Positions 1-9,585 of a stretch of DNA of 64,000 nucleotides are shown piece by piece. Within the stretch, counting starts at the first letter, position 1. Each line of letters starts with the position of its first letter. The stretch is from an uncultured Nitrososphaerota archaeon (lineage in GTDB: Archaea; Korarchaeota; Korarchaeia; Korarchaeales; Korarchaeaceae). The position numbers were made by a program, and so were the translations under genes. Below the pieces are notes generated by a model that saw only the letters and a program-made list of their open reading frames with translations, did not search any database and was not told the DNA's origin. Location of the stretch: assembly GCA_964618805.1 (NCBI GenBank), contig CAZUBM010000004.1, forward strand, positions 49,936-113,935. Direction: 5' to 3'.

Positions 1-1085
1 CCACTATACTCAAAAATGACAAGCTCGAACCGTCCATCTGGTTCTATAGTCTCGATCTGTAGGAAGGCCTCTCCATTGGTCCAAGGAATTGGAACAAGCT
101 CGTCCTTCTTGAGCACAGCTCCTTCCACAAATACCGTGAAGTTAGAAAAGAGCGGGTTGTAACGCACTGATGCCCATGTCCAAGGTCCTGGGGCTTCTAG
201 AGAGTAAGAATAGGAGCTAGAGTATACTCCAAGAAATATGGAGACGTTCTCTCCTAATCCTATGCTCCTTGATTGATTAACGTTCTTCTCGAGGTAAAAC
301 GCGTTGTATTTTCCGTTAAGAGGGAACTCATTGTCGTTGGCTCCTCTAATTATGTACCATCCAGTATCGTTCTGAGTTATTACCCAAACCCTCGTTACAC
401 CAGAAGGAACATCTCCTTCTCTCGTTATGTTCAAGAAGGAGATTTCAGGTGGAGCAGGAGGAGGTCTGTATATCTTATAATCCCTTAATGAGAGTGGAAG
501 GCCATATCTGTTGAGCACAACTACCGCCCAATAGTCTTTACTATCCCCAAGCTCAACAAGCTCTATAGCTGAAGCGTAAGTAGCATATCTGTTTGTTCCA
601 GCGACGTAAATTAGGGTATAGTTCTCGTTCCAGGGATTTGGCATAGCTCCAACTATTCCAACCTCCAAGTTACCACCCCATGTCCCTCCTGGTGAGAAAT
701 CGAGCTTGAAGTACCAACCATCTTCACCTTTGAAAAAGAGAAACATTGAAGTCTCATTAACTGTTTTAGAAAGCGTGTTAGCAACAGGTCCACCTACAAC
801 AATGAGATGATTGCCCCTAAGATCGGATTGTGTCACTCTGCTCGCGTTTAATATCGTGACATCCCCTCCAAAGGAGGTTATGTAATCTGAAATGAGTTCT
901 GCTGCTTCAACATCCATGTGTGCTGCATTTTCTCCATAAACAATGAGCGTCTTTGGCCCTTCTTTGGTCATAAGAACTGTTTTTAGAGGACAAAATGGTC
1001 TAAGATTCTCTTCAACTCCTCTAACTTTATGAAGAATCGTTATTGATAGTATAATTAACACAAATAGTAAGAAGGTCCTTCTCAT
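1..1085 (-). CDS. Secreted S-layer-domain protein (partial; runs off the left window edge)
   Basis: Not in ORF track. Manual translation from ATG at 1085: MRRTFLLFVLIILSITIL (signal peptide)...LIVYGENAAHMDVEAA...NHLIVVGGPVANTL...IYVAGTNRYAT; open to position 1. The LIVVGGPxAN motif is typical of archaeal S-layer domains. Confidence 0.75.
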   Translation of the reverse strand, partial: MRRTFLLFVLIILSITILHKVRGVEENLRPFCPLKTVLMTKEGPKTLIVYGENAAHMDVEAAELISDYITSFGGDVTILNASRVTQSDLRGNHLIVVGGPVANTLSKTVNETSMFLFFKGEDGWYFKLDFSPGGTWGGNLEVGIVGAMPNPWNENYTLIYVAGTNRYATYASAIELVELGDSKDYWAVVVLNRYGLPLSLRDYKIYRPPPAPPEISFLNITREGDVPSGVTRVWVITQNDTGWYIIRGANDNEFPLNGKYNAFYLEKNVNQSRSIGLGENVSIFLGVYSSSYSYSLEAPGPWTWASVRYNPLFSNFTVFVEGAVLKKDELVPIPWTNGEAFLQIETIEPDGRFELVIFEYS

Positions 1086-1181
1086 CGCATGGACTAGGAA
1101 ATAGCATCTGATATATTTGGAGTGTAAGTTAACCAACTCTCTTCTAAAAGTTAATCATCGTACTCCTGATAATTTATTTTA

Positions 1182-1240
1182 TCAGTAACCCCAGGGCATA
1201 TCATAGAGGCCCAACTCTCAATCTGGGGTGGTATCATCAT
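1182..1240 (-). ncRNA. Box C/D guide sRNA
   Basis: Minus strand reads ATGATGA (box C) - 12 nt - TTGA (D') - 13 nt - ATGATAT (C') - 12 nt - CTGA (D). Canonical archaeal 12-nt guide spacing, intergenic. Confidence 0.75.
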
Positions 1241-1272
1241 CTAAGTAAGGAGAAATATCGATCATATTAAAA

Positions 1273-2010
1273 CTAAGAGGTCTCCCATTTCCTCGACTTC
1301 ATGCCTCTTCTTATTAAACCATCTCTTATGGCTCTTGCAATTATACTAGCCGCAGCAACTTCAAGATATCTTCTATCTGCCTCATTTTCCAATATCAATC
1401 TTGCTCTTACCTTCTTAGTTAGAGGTTCTAGCTTTTCTCTAAGTTTTCTCTCATCAAAAGAATCAACTATCACCACATCAATTCTTTTTAAAGAGGAAAT
1501 CACACTTTCTAGAGCTTGAGCATGCCACATAGCTAGCAATTCGTTTAGATTACCCCTTTTCCAAATTCTCTTGAACTCAGTAGGGGAAACGACAACAGTT
1601 CCTATTGCAAGGGCTGCCTCTCTCATCTTATTTGCAATTTCCATCAATCTCTCTTTTTTTGCTATTTTGCTTTCGACGAGTCCAGCTGAAACAGCCTTGC
1701 TCCTGCCTTCATCATCCAGAGCTACGGCACACACAACAAGGGGACCTTCTGCCTCTCCTTTACCCACTTCATCAATGCCCACTCTAATTCCTAAGCCCTT
1801 AAACATCTTAGAGACAATATCCGCTAGGCCTTCGTTGAAAACTACGGTACCTGTCGAATACGCTATTAATAACTTGTCCTCAAATCTCACCCTGTATTCC
1901 TCGTACTCATTCTTTTTCTGAATCTCTTGACCTCCTAATTTTAATAGGAGCTCTTTGAGCTCTTCAAGTTTTTCATGAGGAAGCACTACGCTTAACTGCT
2001 TTTTTACCAA
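1273..2010 (-). CDS. Type 2 ribonuclease H with N-terminal TBP-like (RNase HIII-type) domain
   Basis: VGIDEVGKGE, VDSF, EAD and VAAASIIAR motifs; N-terminal ...RVRFEDKLLIAYSTGTVVF resembles the HIII substrate-binding domain. Confidence 0.8.
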   Translation of the reverse strand: MVKKQLSVVLPHEKLEELKELLLKLGGQEIQKKNEYEEYRVRFEDKLLIAYSTGTVVFNEGLADIVSKMFKGLGIRVGIDEVGKGEAEGPLVVCAVALDDEGRSKAVSAGLVESKIAKKERLMEIANKMREAALAIGTVVVSPTEFKRIWKRGNLNELLAMWHAQALESVISSLKRIDVVIVDSFDERKLREKLEPLTKKVRARLILENEADRRYLEVAAASIIARAIRDGLIRRGMKSRKWETS

Positions 2011-3268
2011 TTAACCACCCTATAATAGCAGTAAACATGAGGAAACTTAGAGCAAGAACGACCTTGATGTTAAATTTAGCCCTTTTCACAAGAATTGTGA
2101 ATTTGAAGGACTTGCTGACTTGATCATGGGGATACTCGTTGTTCCAGTAAACTCTGAAAAATATCGTTTCGTTTCCAGCACCACATACTGGCAAGATCAT
2201 TTCAACATTTTTGAATTCTCCTGGTTTAAGATTTCCTACTTCTACAACTGCTTTTTCTTCACCTAGTTTACCTAAAATGATGACTCTCTTAGCCATAAAG
2301 GAGCCTATGTTCACGACCTCTATGTTTAAACGAAGTTCGCTACCATTAACGGCTTCTGATGGTACATCTACAGAAATATTAACCTCTGTTTTCTTTATCA
2401 CTGTTATATTTGTGCTAGTCTCTATTACTTTCCTTCTGTCTAATACCCAAAACTCAAGCTCAGCCCTTATCTCATGAATACCGCCAGGCGTCTTCTCATC
2501 AATTTCAATGTATACTGGCCTTGGAAACCTGACGGAGCGTCCTGGTCTCAAAAAAGATCTGCCAAATATGTCTACAAGCGGTATTATTTGAGGTTTGTTT
2601 GGGGACGGGGGAATTATCCTGAGAGTTAAGTTTGTTATGTTAAATGGGGGTACTGGCTCTACATGCATTATAGTAACCACGACTCCTACAGTATGAGGGG
2701 GATCTATCTCTTTAGGCTCAGCTTTTATTGAAAAAATGGGTCCAAAGGTTCTAATTTTAATCTCTTCCGATGCCGAATAATCTACAGGATACAACTCATT
2801 GCCTTCCTCATCTATCTCTCTTGCTAAAGCGGTAACGCGTATGTTGTAAGTCCCTATCTCACAATCAAGGGAAACATGAACACTTGCTATCAGATTAAGG
2901 TTTCCTATATCTCCACTAGCCCTAACCATGACATTTAACCCGTTGATCTCTTTGGTTATGGTTCCATTGCCAGTTACATCCAAACTTTTTATGTTACAAT
3001 TCATACTGGGCGGTATTTCGATGGAAATATTGATCTCTCTCATTTTTCTCTTTGTAGTAACGATTCCTCCAGTTGGTGATGTAAAGAACTTTGAAACGTT
3101 GTACCTTATCTCAAATTCTCCCCCCTGCATCACCACGTCGGGACTTACATCAAGCCATGCGTAATGACACTCAACTCTCCCTATCCTCATGTAAGCTGGG
3201 AGAAGCAAAAGAGCGATTAGAACTATAATTCCCTTCGATTTCATCCAAATGGAAATTCTAGACCTCAA
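1973..3268 (-). CDS. Membrane-anchored surface protein with Ig-like/CARDB repeats (COG1361-like)
   Basis: Signal peptide, beta-rich repeats (EVVNIGSFMAKRV...VGNLKPGEFK), C-terminal TM helix followed by basic tail. Confidence 0.65.
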   Translation of the reverse strand: MRSRISIWMKSKGIIVLIALLLLPAYMRIGRVECHYAWLDVSPDVVMQGGEFEIRYNVSKFFTSPTGGIVTTKRKMREINISIEIPPSMNCNIKSLDVTGNGTITKEINGLNVMVRASGDIGNLNLIASVHVSLDCEIGTYNIRVTALAREIDEEGNELYPVDYSASEEIKIRTFGPIFSIKAEPKEIDPPHTVGVVVTIMHVEPVPPFNITNLTLRIIPPSPNKPQIIPLVDIFGRSFLRPGRSVRFPRPVYIEIDEKTPGGIHEIRAELEFWVLDRRKVIETSTNITVIKKTEVNISVDVPSEAVNGSELRLNIEVVNIGSFMAKRVIILGKLGEEKAVVEVGNLKPGEFKNVEMILPVCGAGNETIFFRVYWNNEYPHDQVSKSFKFTILVKRAKFNIKVVLALSFLMFTAIIGWLIGKKAVKRSASS

Positions 3269-3371
3269 TTTATAGTTTACTTAAGGTAAACAGCGAAAAT
3301 CAGATGTTATAGAGCTAAATAAACCTAGTAACACCAAAATATTAAAATAGTAACACTTTTATTTTAGCTCC

Positions 3372-4331
3372 TTGAGAACTCCAACTGTGAGCAGAAGCAC
3401 TCTTGTCCTAGCTACCATTTGTTTAGCGCTATTATTAGTTATTCCTGTCAAGATTGATGCTGAAAAAACCAAACCTACAGTAATCTGTACCACTAGCGTT
3501 CTAGGAAGCATAGTAAAGGATCTTGCTGGCGATAAAGTTGAAGTGATCATAATAGTTAGCACATCTACCTGCCCAGCCCACTATGATGTGAGCCCAAGCG
3601 ATGTAGAGGCTGTAATGAAAGCAAGCTTGATACTCTATCATGGGATGGAGGCATGGCTAAGCAAATTGGTCGAGACTTCGGGGTCAAAAGCGACCCTTGT
3701 CAAGATCTCAGGGCCTTGGAACACTCCAGAAGGAGCCTCAAATTATTACATTCGTGTGGCAAGTACTCTGGATGAGAACTTGGGTCTTAACACATCAGAA
3801 AGACTCCAGAAATGCCTTGAAAGCATAAACGTGACCGCAGAGCGCCTTAGAGCAGAAGCTGAGGAGAGAGAGGTGGATGAAGTTAAGGTAATCTGCATGA
3901 CATGGCAAAAGCCTTTTGTCTCATGGCTTGGTTTCAATGTGATAGCCGAGTTTGGACCTCCAGAAAAGCTTTCGTCAGCTGATGTAGCTGAATTAGTGGA
4001 AATTGGTCAAAAAGAGGGAGCAATGCTCGTTATAAGCAATCTTCAGAGCGGAATAGGGTATGGAAAGTACATAGCAGATAGCATAGGGGCCATTCACGTC
4101 GTCCTCACAAACTTCCCCGATCCTGAAGAAGGACTCTTTAACCTATCAAATGTCTTTACGCACAATGCTGAGGCCCTTTTCAATGCCATTGAGGAATATA
4201 AGTCGATAGAGGAGATGAAAGCTTTGCAAAGGTCTTTGCACCTCCATAAGATGCTGTCATATTCGCTTGCAATCATAGCCGCAGCAGAAGCAGCAATCCT
4301 GATTTATCTTCTTTCAGCTAGGAGGAGGTAA
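3372..4331 (+). CDS. Metal ABC transporter substrate-binding protein (ZnuA/TroA family, atypical)
   Basis: VICTTSVLGSIVKDLAGDKVEV...PAHYDVSPSD...ILYHG.E.WL; signal peptide and C-terminal TM anchor; first gene of the operon. Confidence 0.8.
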   Translation: MRTPTVSRSTLVLATICLALLLVIPVKIDAEKTKPTVICTTSVLGSIVKDLAGDKVEVIIIVSTSTCPAHYDVSPSDVEAVMKASLILYHGMEAWLSKLVETSGSKATLVKISGPWNTPEGASNYYIRVASTLDENLGLNTSERLQKCLESINVTAERLRAEAEEREVDEVKVICMTWQKPFVSWLGFNVIAEFGPPEKLSSADVAELVEIGQKEGAMLVISNLQSGIGYGKYIADSIGAIHVVLTNFPDPEEGLFNLSNVFTHNAEALFNAIEEYKSIEEMKALQRSLHLHKMLSYSLAIIAAAEAAILIYLLSARRR

Positions 4332-4333
4332 GT

Positions 4334-4732
4334 TTGTTAACCCTTGAGGAAGCAGCTTCTTTCCACGGACACCTAGGTCCTTTCCTTACAATAGGATACC
4401 TTGCGGGAAAGATGGCCACAGAACTCTTGAAACCAAGGGACATACATGATATGAAGGCTATCGTTAGTTTGCCATTGAAAACTCCTTTCTCATGCATAAT
4501 CGATGGAGTACAATGCTCCTCAAGATGTACCCTTGGAAAACTCAACATAAAGGTAAGGAACTCTGAAAAAGTGACTATTATATTTGAGAATAGAGATGGA
4601 GGGAGGATAGAGCTTCAGGTTAAAGAAGATGTAATAGAAAGATGTCTCACCCTTAGCATGGAGGAAGCTGTGAAGTGGCTGTTAAGTCTGAAACGAGAGG
4701 AGATCTTCAAAGCGAACTTGCAATTAAGCTAG
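4334..4732 (+). CDS. FmdE-family metal-binding protein
   Basis: FHGHLGP...SCIIDGVQ...CTLGKLN signature. Confidence 0.85.
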   Translation: MLTLEEAASFHGHLGPFLTIGYLAGKMATELLKPRDIHDMKAIVSLPLKTPFSCIIDGVQCSSRCTLGKLNIKVRNSEKVTIIFENRDGGRIELQVKEDVIERCLTLSMEEAVKWLLSLKREEIFKANLQLS

Positions 4733-5391
4733 TCAACGTCTCAACATATTACTCTGGGGAAACTAAGCCAGCAATAAGGGACATATCCTTAGAAATCCGT
4801 GCTGGAGATCTCGTCCTCATATCTGGACCTAACGGCGCAGGGAAGACCACGCTTCTCGAGACAATCCTTGGACTCCTCAAACCTAAGAAGGGAAGAATCC
4901 TATTGCTAGGCCACGAAATACCAAAAGAGGCTTCCTTAGTTAGAAAAATGTGTAGCTATCTCCCCCAAGACTTTATGAAACCTGCTGGAGAGCCCTTTTC
5001 AGTAAAGGAAGTTGTGGCAATGGGCCTATCTCCTATAAGGCCCCTTGGTAAGCTTAATTCAGCTGATTGGGAAGCAGTATACGATGCCTTGGAGATTCTT
5101 GGTGTCAAAGACCTAGCTGAAAGGCCTTTCGGAAGGCTTAGCGGGGGACAGCAACAGAAGGTCATGCTTGCTAGGGCCCTTATAAGAAAACCTAAGGTGT
5201 TGTTCTTGGACGAACCTTTTAGCTCCTTGGACAGGGAGTCAAGGGCATATCTATCCGAAGAAGTCCTTCCAGAACTTGTAAAAAAAGGGACCACTGTGCT
5301 CTTAGTAAGTCACGATGTAACTTTCAAGCCATCGGACTGCAGCATGATAGTTCACATGAAGGATGGGGTTATAGTTAAGGTGGAGGGATGA
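4675..5391 (+). CDS. Metal ABC transporter ATP-binding protein (ZnuC-like)
   Basis: GPNGAGKT, LSGGQQQ, LDEPF, VSHD motifs. Confidence 0.9.
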   Translation: MAVKSETRGDLQSELAIKLVNVSTYYSGETKPAIRDISLEIRAGDLVLISGPNGAGKTTLLETILGLLKPKKGRILLLGHEIPKEASLVRKMCSYLPQDFMKPAGEPFSVKEVVAMGLSPIRPLGKLNSADWEAVYDALEILGVKDLAERPFGRLSGGQQQKVMLARALIRKPKVLFLDEPFSSLDRESRAYLSEEVLPELVKKGTTVLLVSHDVTFKPSDCSMIVHMKDGVIVKVEG

Positions 5392-5394
5392 ATC

Positions 5395-6216
5395 TTGCTA
5401 CCCTTAATTCTCACAGCAACTATTGCTGGGGCATTGGCAGGCTCATTATGTGGATGTACGGGCGTTCTATGCGATAGATTGGGCCTAAGGACCGTTGCTT
5501 TTGCTGTTGCACATGCCGCTTTAGCTGGGGCTGCTCTCAGCTTTCTAGTAGGCGTAAGCTCCATAGTTCTCGGGATGATCTTTGCCCTACTTACAGCACT
5601 TATCCTAGGACCTTTAGCTGATACCTTTGAGATACCTATAGACATGGTTTCAATGACCCTTTTCTCCCTTTACAACGCTTTGACCTTTATCTTCCTAATT
5701 CTGTCGCCTGGCATCGTCTTAGCGGCTGAGAAGGTCAGCCAAGTGTTATGGGGAAGCGTGCTTGCGGTTACCCCAGATTACCTAATAATCCTGTTCACAA
5801 TAGCCATCCTCTATGCTCTATTTCTGGTTACCCTTTGGCACAGGATAGCCCCAATACTATTTGATAAGAGATTGGCAGAAGCAGAGGGCATAAACGTTAG
5901 GGCATATACTTATGCCCTAATTGCCCTTACTGGTCTGGTTGTAGTCCTCACTTTACGGATCACAGGAGGCTTTTTGGTCTTCTCTTTGGTTTATATACCA
6001 GCTTCTAGTGCTTTGCAGCTTTCTGAAAATATGAAAAGGATAGTAGCACTCTCAGCCATACTTGGTCTTACATCAGCGATTGCTGGAGTCTACGTTAGCT
6101 TTCTTGCAGATCTCCCAGTTGGCTCAAGCATCGTGATATGCGCAGCAGGTATACTGCTCATCGCAAGTATTGCAGGATACTTCCGCAGGAAATCGCTGAT
6201 TAAGTTTGTCAGTTAG
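5395..6216 (+). CDS. Metal ABC transporter permease (ZnuB-like)
   Basis: AVAHAALAG, LWGSVLAV, FDKRLAEAEG motifs; multiple TM helices. Confidence 0.9.
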   Translation: MLPLILTATIAGALAGSLCGCTGVLCDRLGLRTVAFAVAHAALAGAALSFLVGVSSIVLGMIFALLTALILGPLADTFEIPIDMVSMTLFSLYNALTFIFLILSPGIVLAAEKVSQVLWGSVLAVTPDYLIILFTIAILYALFLVTLWHRIAPILFDKRLAEAEGINVRAYTYALIALTGLVVVLTLRITGGFLVFSLVYIPASSALQLSENMKRIVALSAILGLTSAIAGVYVSFLADLPVGSSIVICAAGILLIASIAGYFRRKSLIKFVS

Positions 6217-6329
6217 GATGAAGTCTGTGCAACTAGCACTAAAGTTTAAGGATCGATTAAGGAGCTCTCTTTATTGTTAGAATAAATGGTTCCTCAACAT
6301 TAATTATGGGAGCTAGGGGGTATTATTAA

Positions 6330-7061
6330 ATGGAAGCGATAAAGGCCAGAGGTCTAACGAAGATATTCGGGGATCTGGTGGCAGTTGATCACATAGACCT
6401 CGATATACCAAGCGGAGTGGTGTTTGGCTTACTTGGACCTAATGGTGCAGGAAAGACGACGACGTTCAGGATGATATATGGAGTTCTTAGGCCAACTGAA
6501 GGAAGAGTTTGGGTCTATGGACACGATGTCTCAAAAGAGCCTGTAAAGGCAAAGAACTTGATAGGAGTCCTTCCAGAGGATACTGGAATATATCCTAGAC
6601 TGACAGCAGAAGAGAACCTCATATACTTCGGGAAACTGCATGGAATGCCTGAGACGGAACTAAAGAGGAAGATAGAAGAGTACCTCTCGATTTTAGAGCT
6701 GGAAGAAAAGAGAGATTTCATAGCAGAGAAGCTTAGCAAGGGACAGAGGAAAAAAGTGGCATTCATAAGGGCAATATTGCATGATCCCCCTATCCTGCTT
6801 TTAGACGAGCCTACAAGCAGCGTAGATGTCGTTAGTGCCAGGGATATAAGGAATATGATTAAAGATTATGCTAAGAAAGGAAATACAGTTGTCCTTGCCT
6901 CTCACAACATGCTTGAGGTTGAGCAGCTTTGTGACATAGTTTCCATCATGCATAGGGGCAAGATAATCCACACAGGCTCTATAGATGAGATCAAGAGGCT
7001 AGAAGGAGTTAAGGAATTGGAAGATGTCTTTGTAAGGCTCGTTAGGGCGGAGGTCTTCTAA
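6330..7061 (+). CDS. ABC exporter ATP-binding protein (NatA-like)
   Basis: GPNGAGKTT, LSKGQ, LLDEPT, SHNM motifs. Confidence 0.9.
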   Translation: MEAIKARGLTKIFGDLVAVDHIDLDIPSGVVFGLLGPNGAGKTTTFRMIYGVLRPTEGRVWVYGHDVSKEPVKAKNLIGVLPEDTGIYPRLTAEENLIYFGKLHGMPETELKRKIEEYLSILELEEKRDFIAEKLSKGQRKKVAFIRAILHDPPILLLDEPTSSVDVVSARDIRNMIKDYAKKGNTVVLASHNMLEVEQLCDIVSIMHRGKIIHTGSIDEIKRLEGVKELEDVFVRLVRAEVF

Positions 7062-7063
7062 AG

Positions 7064-8377
7064 ATGCTCTGGAGATGGAGGGGATCATCGGGAAAGGTCA
7101 AACTTACTAAGGCTCTAGGTCAAATAGGCTATGGAATAGACAACAAAATTCTACTAGTAGCTTGGAAGGAACTTACTGAAGCTCTTAGAGACAGAAGGAC
7201 AATTCTCAATGTGATATTGCTTCCCATGATCCTGATGCCAATATCCATGGCTCTACCCCTCATGTTAATGGCTCCTGGAGGGGCCGTTCAACCCATTACC
7301 GTCATGGTTGTGAAGGATCTTCCATCAATAAGCCTCATAGAGGAAAGGATCCTTCCTAAAGCGAAAATAAATGCGACCGTAATATATTCAGATATAAACG
7401 CAACAAAATGGATCCTAGAAAATAAAGCAGACCTCGTTGTCTTGATCCCTGAGGGGTTCTACTCTAACCTAAGTTCGAGCGGCTCTGCTACCGCCTTCAT
7501 CTACTACGACCCGTTTAGCATGAAATCTGAGATGGCAATGACCCAACTTCAGCTTGTTTTCGGTGAGTTATCAAAGGAGGAGATAGAAAAAAGGCTTAAG
7601 GAAGTCAATCTGTCTCCAGAGTTTGCAAGACCAATTCAAATTGTTGGAAAGGAAGTTTCAAAGGTAGAAGCAACGCCAGCAGCCATAATAGGAGCTATGA
7701 TCCTCCCAATGATGGTTGGAATCTTAGCAGTAACTGGAGCTGGAACATTTGCCCTTGACATGATAGCAGGTGAAAGGGAAAGAAAGACGATAGAAGCTCT
7801 TCTTACTGCTCCAATCACAAAGTTGAAGCTTCTAGTTGGTAAGTATGTTACTATGCTGGTTCTCTCAATTCTAAGCGGGGCCTCGATGCTGATCTCATTT
7901 CTCTTAGCCTCCTTCCTCATGGTAAACTACGCTATAGCTCCCTCCTTTCCCTCAACACTCCCATCTGGGGAAATTATGAACGTCTCATTTTCCTTAATGC
8001 CCTCCGGACTTAATCCATTGTTGTTCCTTCTAAGCCTAGCGTTTGCAATCGTGTTAGCAGGGCTTACCGGCGATGCCCTTATAGTCGTAGGATCTTCATT
8101 TGCAAAGAGCTTTAAGGAGGCCCAGCAGTACACGGGCGTAGTGACCGCAGGATTCATAATTCCCTTAATATCTGTAGTTTACCTCCCTCCAAGGCTATTT
8201 TGGCCTTTCAGGATGTTGCCGATTACGAGCATTGCCCTCCTTGTAAGGGACGTTATGGTAAATCCGGGTGATAAGGCAGCAATAATGACGTCTTCGGCAG
8301 CTTCTATATTATATCTAGTGTTATTCCTTCTTTTAAGTGCCAAACTTTTCGGCAGGGAGGCAGTCGTTTTCGACTAA
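7064..8377 (+). CDS. ABC-2 type permease (NatB-like)
   Basis: WKELTEALRDRRT and IAGERERKTIEALLTAP motifs. Confidence 0.85.
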   Translation: MLWRWRGSSGKVKLTKALGQIGYGIDNKILLVAWKELTEALRDRRTILNVILLPMILMPISMALPLMLMAPGGAVQPITVMVVKDLPSISLIEERILPKAKINATVIYSDINATKWILENKADLVVLIPEGFYSNLSSSGSATAFIYYDPFSMKSEMAMTQLQLVFGELSKEEIEKRLKEVNLSPEFARPIQIVGKEVSKVEATPAAIIGAMILPMMVGILAVTGAGTFALDMIAGERERKTIEALLTAPITKLKLLVGKYVTMLVLSILSGASMLISFLLASFLMVNYAIAPSFPSTLPSGEIMNVSFSLMPSGLNPLLFLLSLAFAIVLAGLTGDALIVVGSSFAKSFKEAQQYTGVVTAGFIIPLISVVYLPPRLFWPFRMLPITSIALLVRDVMVNPGDKAAIMTSSAASILYLVLFLLLSAKLFGREAVVFD

Positions 8378-8412
8378 AGAATTATTATCTTGCTGTGCGA
8401 TGCTCTTAGAGG

Positions 8413-9585
8413 ATGTGTCCATTAAACATAGTAATCGTTGGATCTGGTATAGGAGGGGTTGCTGCAGCTTGGAATGCGTCTAGATTTATCCCAGATGCAA
8501 GAGTAAAGCTAATTGGGGACGAAAACATCTATGTAAGGCATAAGATAAGGTACGTAGCCCATGGACTCGACATTTCTCTAGACACAAGCCACTTGGAATC
8601 TAATGGGGTTGAGATAATAAGGGATAGGGCAATAAAGATAGATAGGAACGGAAGAACTCTTCTAACCGAAAAATCCGGAGAGATCTCCTATGATTATCTG
8701 ATACTTGCAACTGGGGCGGAGCCATCGAAGCCAAAAGTACCAGGAGGCGAGTTCGCCAGGGGATTTAGGAGGAAAGACGACGTAGAATATTTGGCAAGGG
8801 AAAGACCGGAGGAAGTAGCTATAGTAGGAGCAAGCTATGTTGCCTTGCACGCAGCTCAAACGTGCAAGGACCTTGGCTTACTTCCTTACGTGATAGTGAG
8901 GTCAAGGCTAATAAGGAAGTCCCTGGAGCCGGAGTTATCGGAAGAACTTGAGACTAAACTAAAGGATAGAGGAATAAGATTTGTGCATGGGAAGCTTCAA
9001 AGAATTGAAGAGGATGGACCTGTGGTAGATGATACGAAGGTAAGGGCCGATCTTACAATAGCTGCTACAGGTGTAAAGCCAAACTCTAAACTGGCGAAGG
9101 AGGCGGGGCTTGAACTTTGGTGGAATAACATCAAAGTAGATCAACAAGGAAGGACCTCTGATCCAAAGATTTTTGCCATTGGCGATGTGAGCAATTGCTA
9201 CAATCCTATAACTAAGAAGATCGATTACTTTGGATTGGGTACTGTAGCAACTATCATGGCTTATAACAGCATCAAGGCCATAAAAGGCTCAAAAGGAGCC
9301 CTTAAAACACCAAGATATCAAAAAGATGTCTTCTTTAGGGACATTTATGTTAAATCAATTGGATTTACATCTCCAGAGGCAGAAAAAGCTGGATTTACAC
9401 CGGATAGAAAGGAAATTAGGGAAGAGGGCGAAATTTCTTATTTGATTTATGATGAGCCATCTGGAAGGTTAATAGGATATTCCTCTATCTCAAATAAGGA
9501 ATCAGGTCGCAAGGACCTCCTGATCCTGAAGGCAGTTCTGAGAGGAGCAAGGATTTCAGAAGTGTTGGAATCAATTCAAAGCTAA
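8413..9585 (+). CDS. FAD-dependent pyridine nucleotide-disulfide oxidoreductase family protein
   Basis: VIVGSGIGG, YDYLILATGA, TSDPKIFAIGDV motifs; no redox Cys at the NADH oxidase/CoA-disulfide reductase position. Confidence 0.8.
   Translation: MCPLNIVIVGSGIGGVAAAWNASRFIPDARVKLIGDENIYVRHKIRYVAHGLDISLDTSHLESNGVEIIRDRAIKIDRNGRTLLTEKSGEISYDYLILATGAEPSKPKVPGGEFARGFRRKDDVEYLARERPEEVAIVGASYVALHAAQTCKDLGLLPYVIVRSRLIRKSLEPELSEELETKLKDRGIRFVHGKLQRIEEDGPVVDDTKVRADLTIAATGVKPNSKLAKEAGLELWWNNIKVDQQGRTSDPKIFAIGDVSNCYNPITKKIDYFGLGTVATIMAYNSIKAIKGSKGALKTPRYQKDVFFRDIYVKSIGFTSPEAEKAGFTPDRKEIREEGEISYLIYDEPSGRLIGYSSISNKESGRKDLLILKAVLRGARISEVLESIQS

Noticed and set aside
273-488. 71-aa plus-strand ORF
   Set aside because: Antisense shadow of the S-layer-like gene (1-1085, minus).
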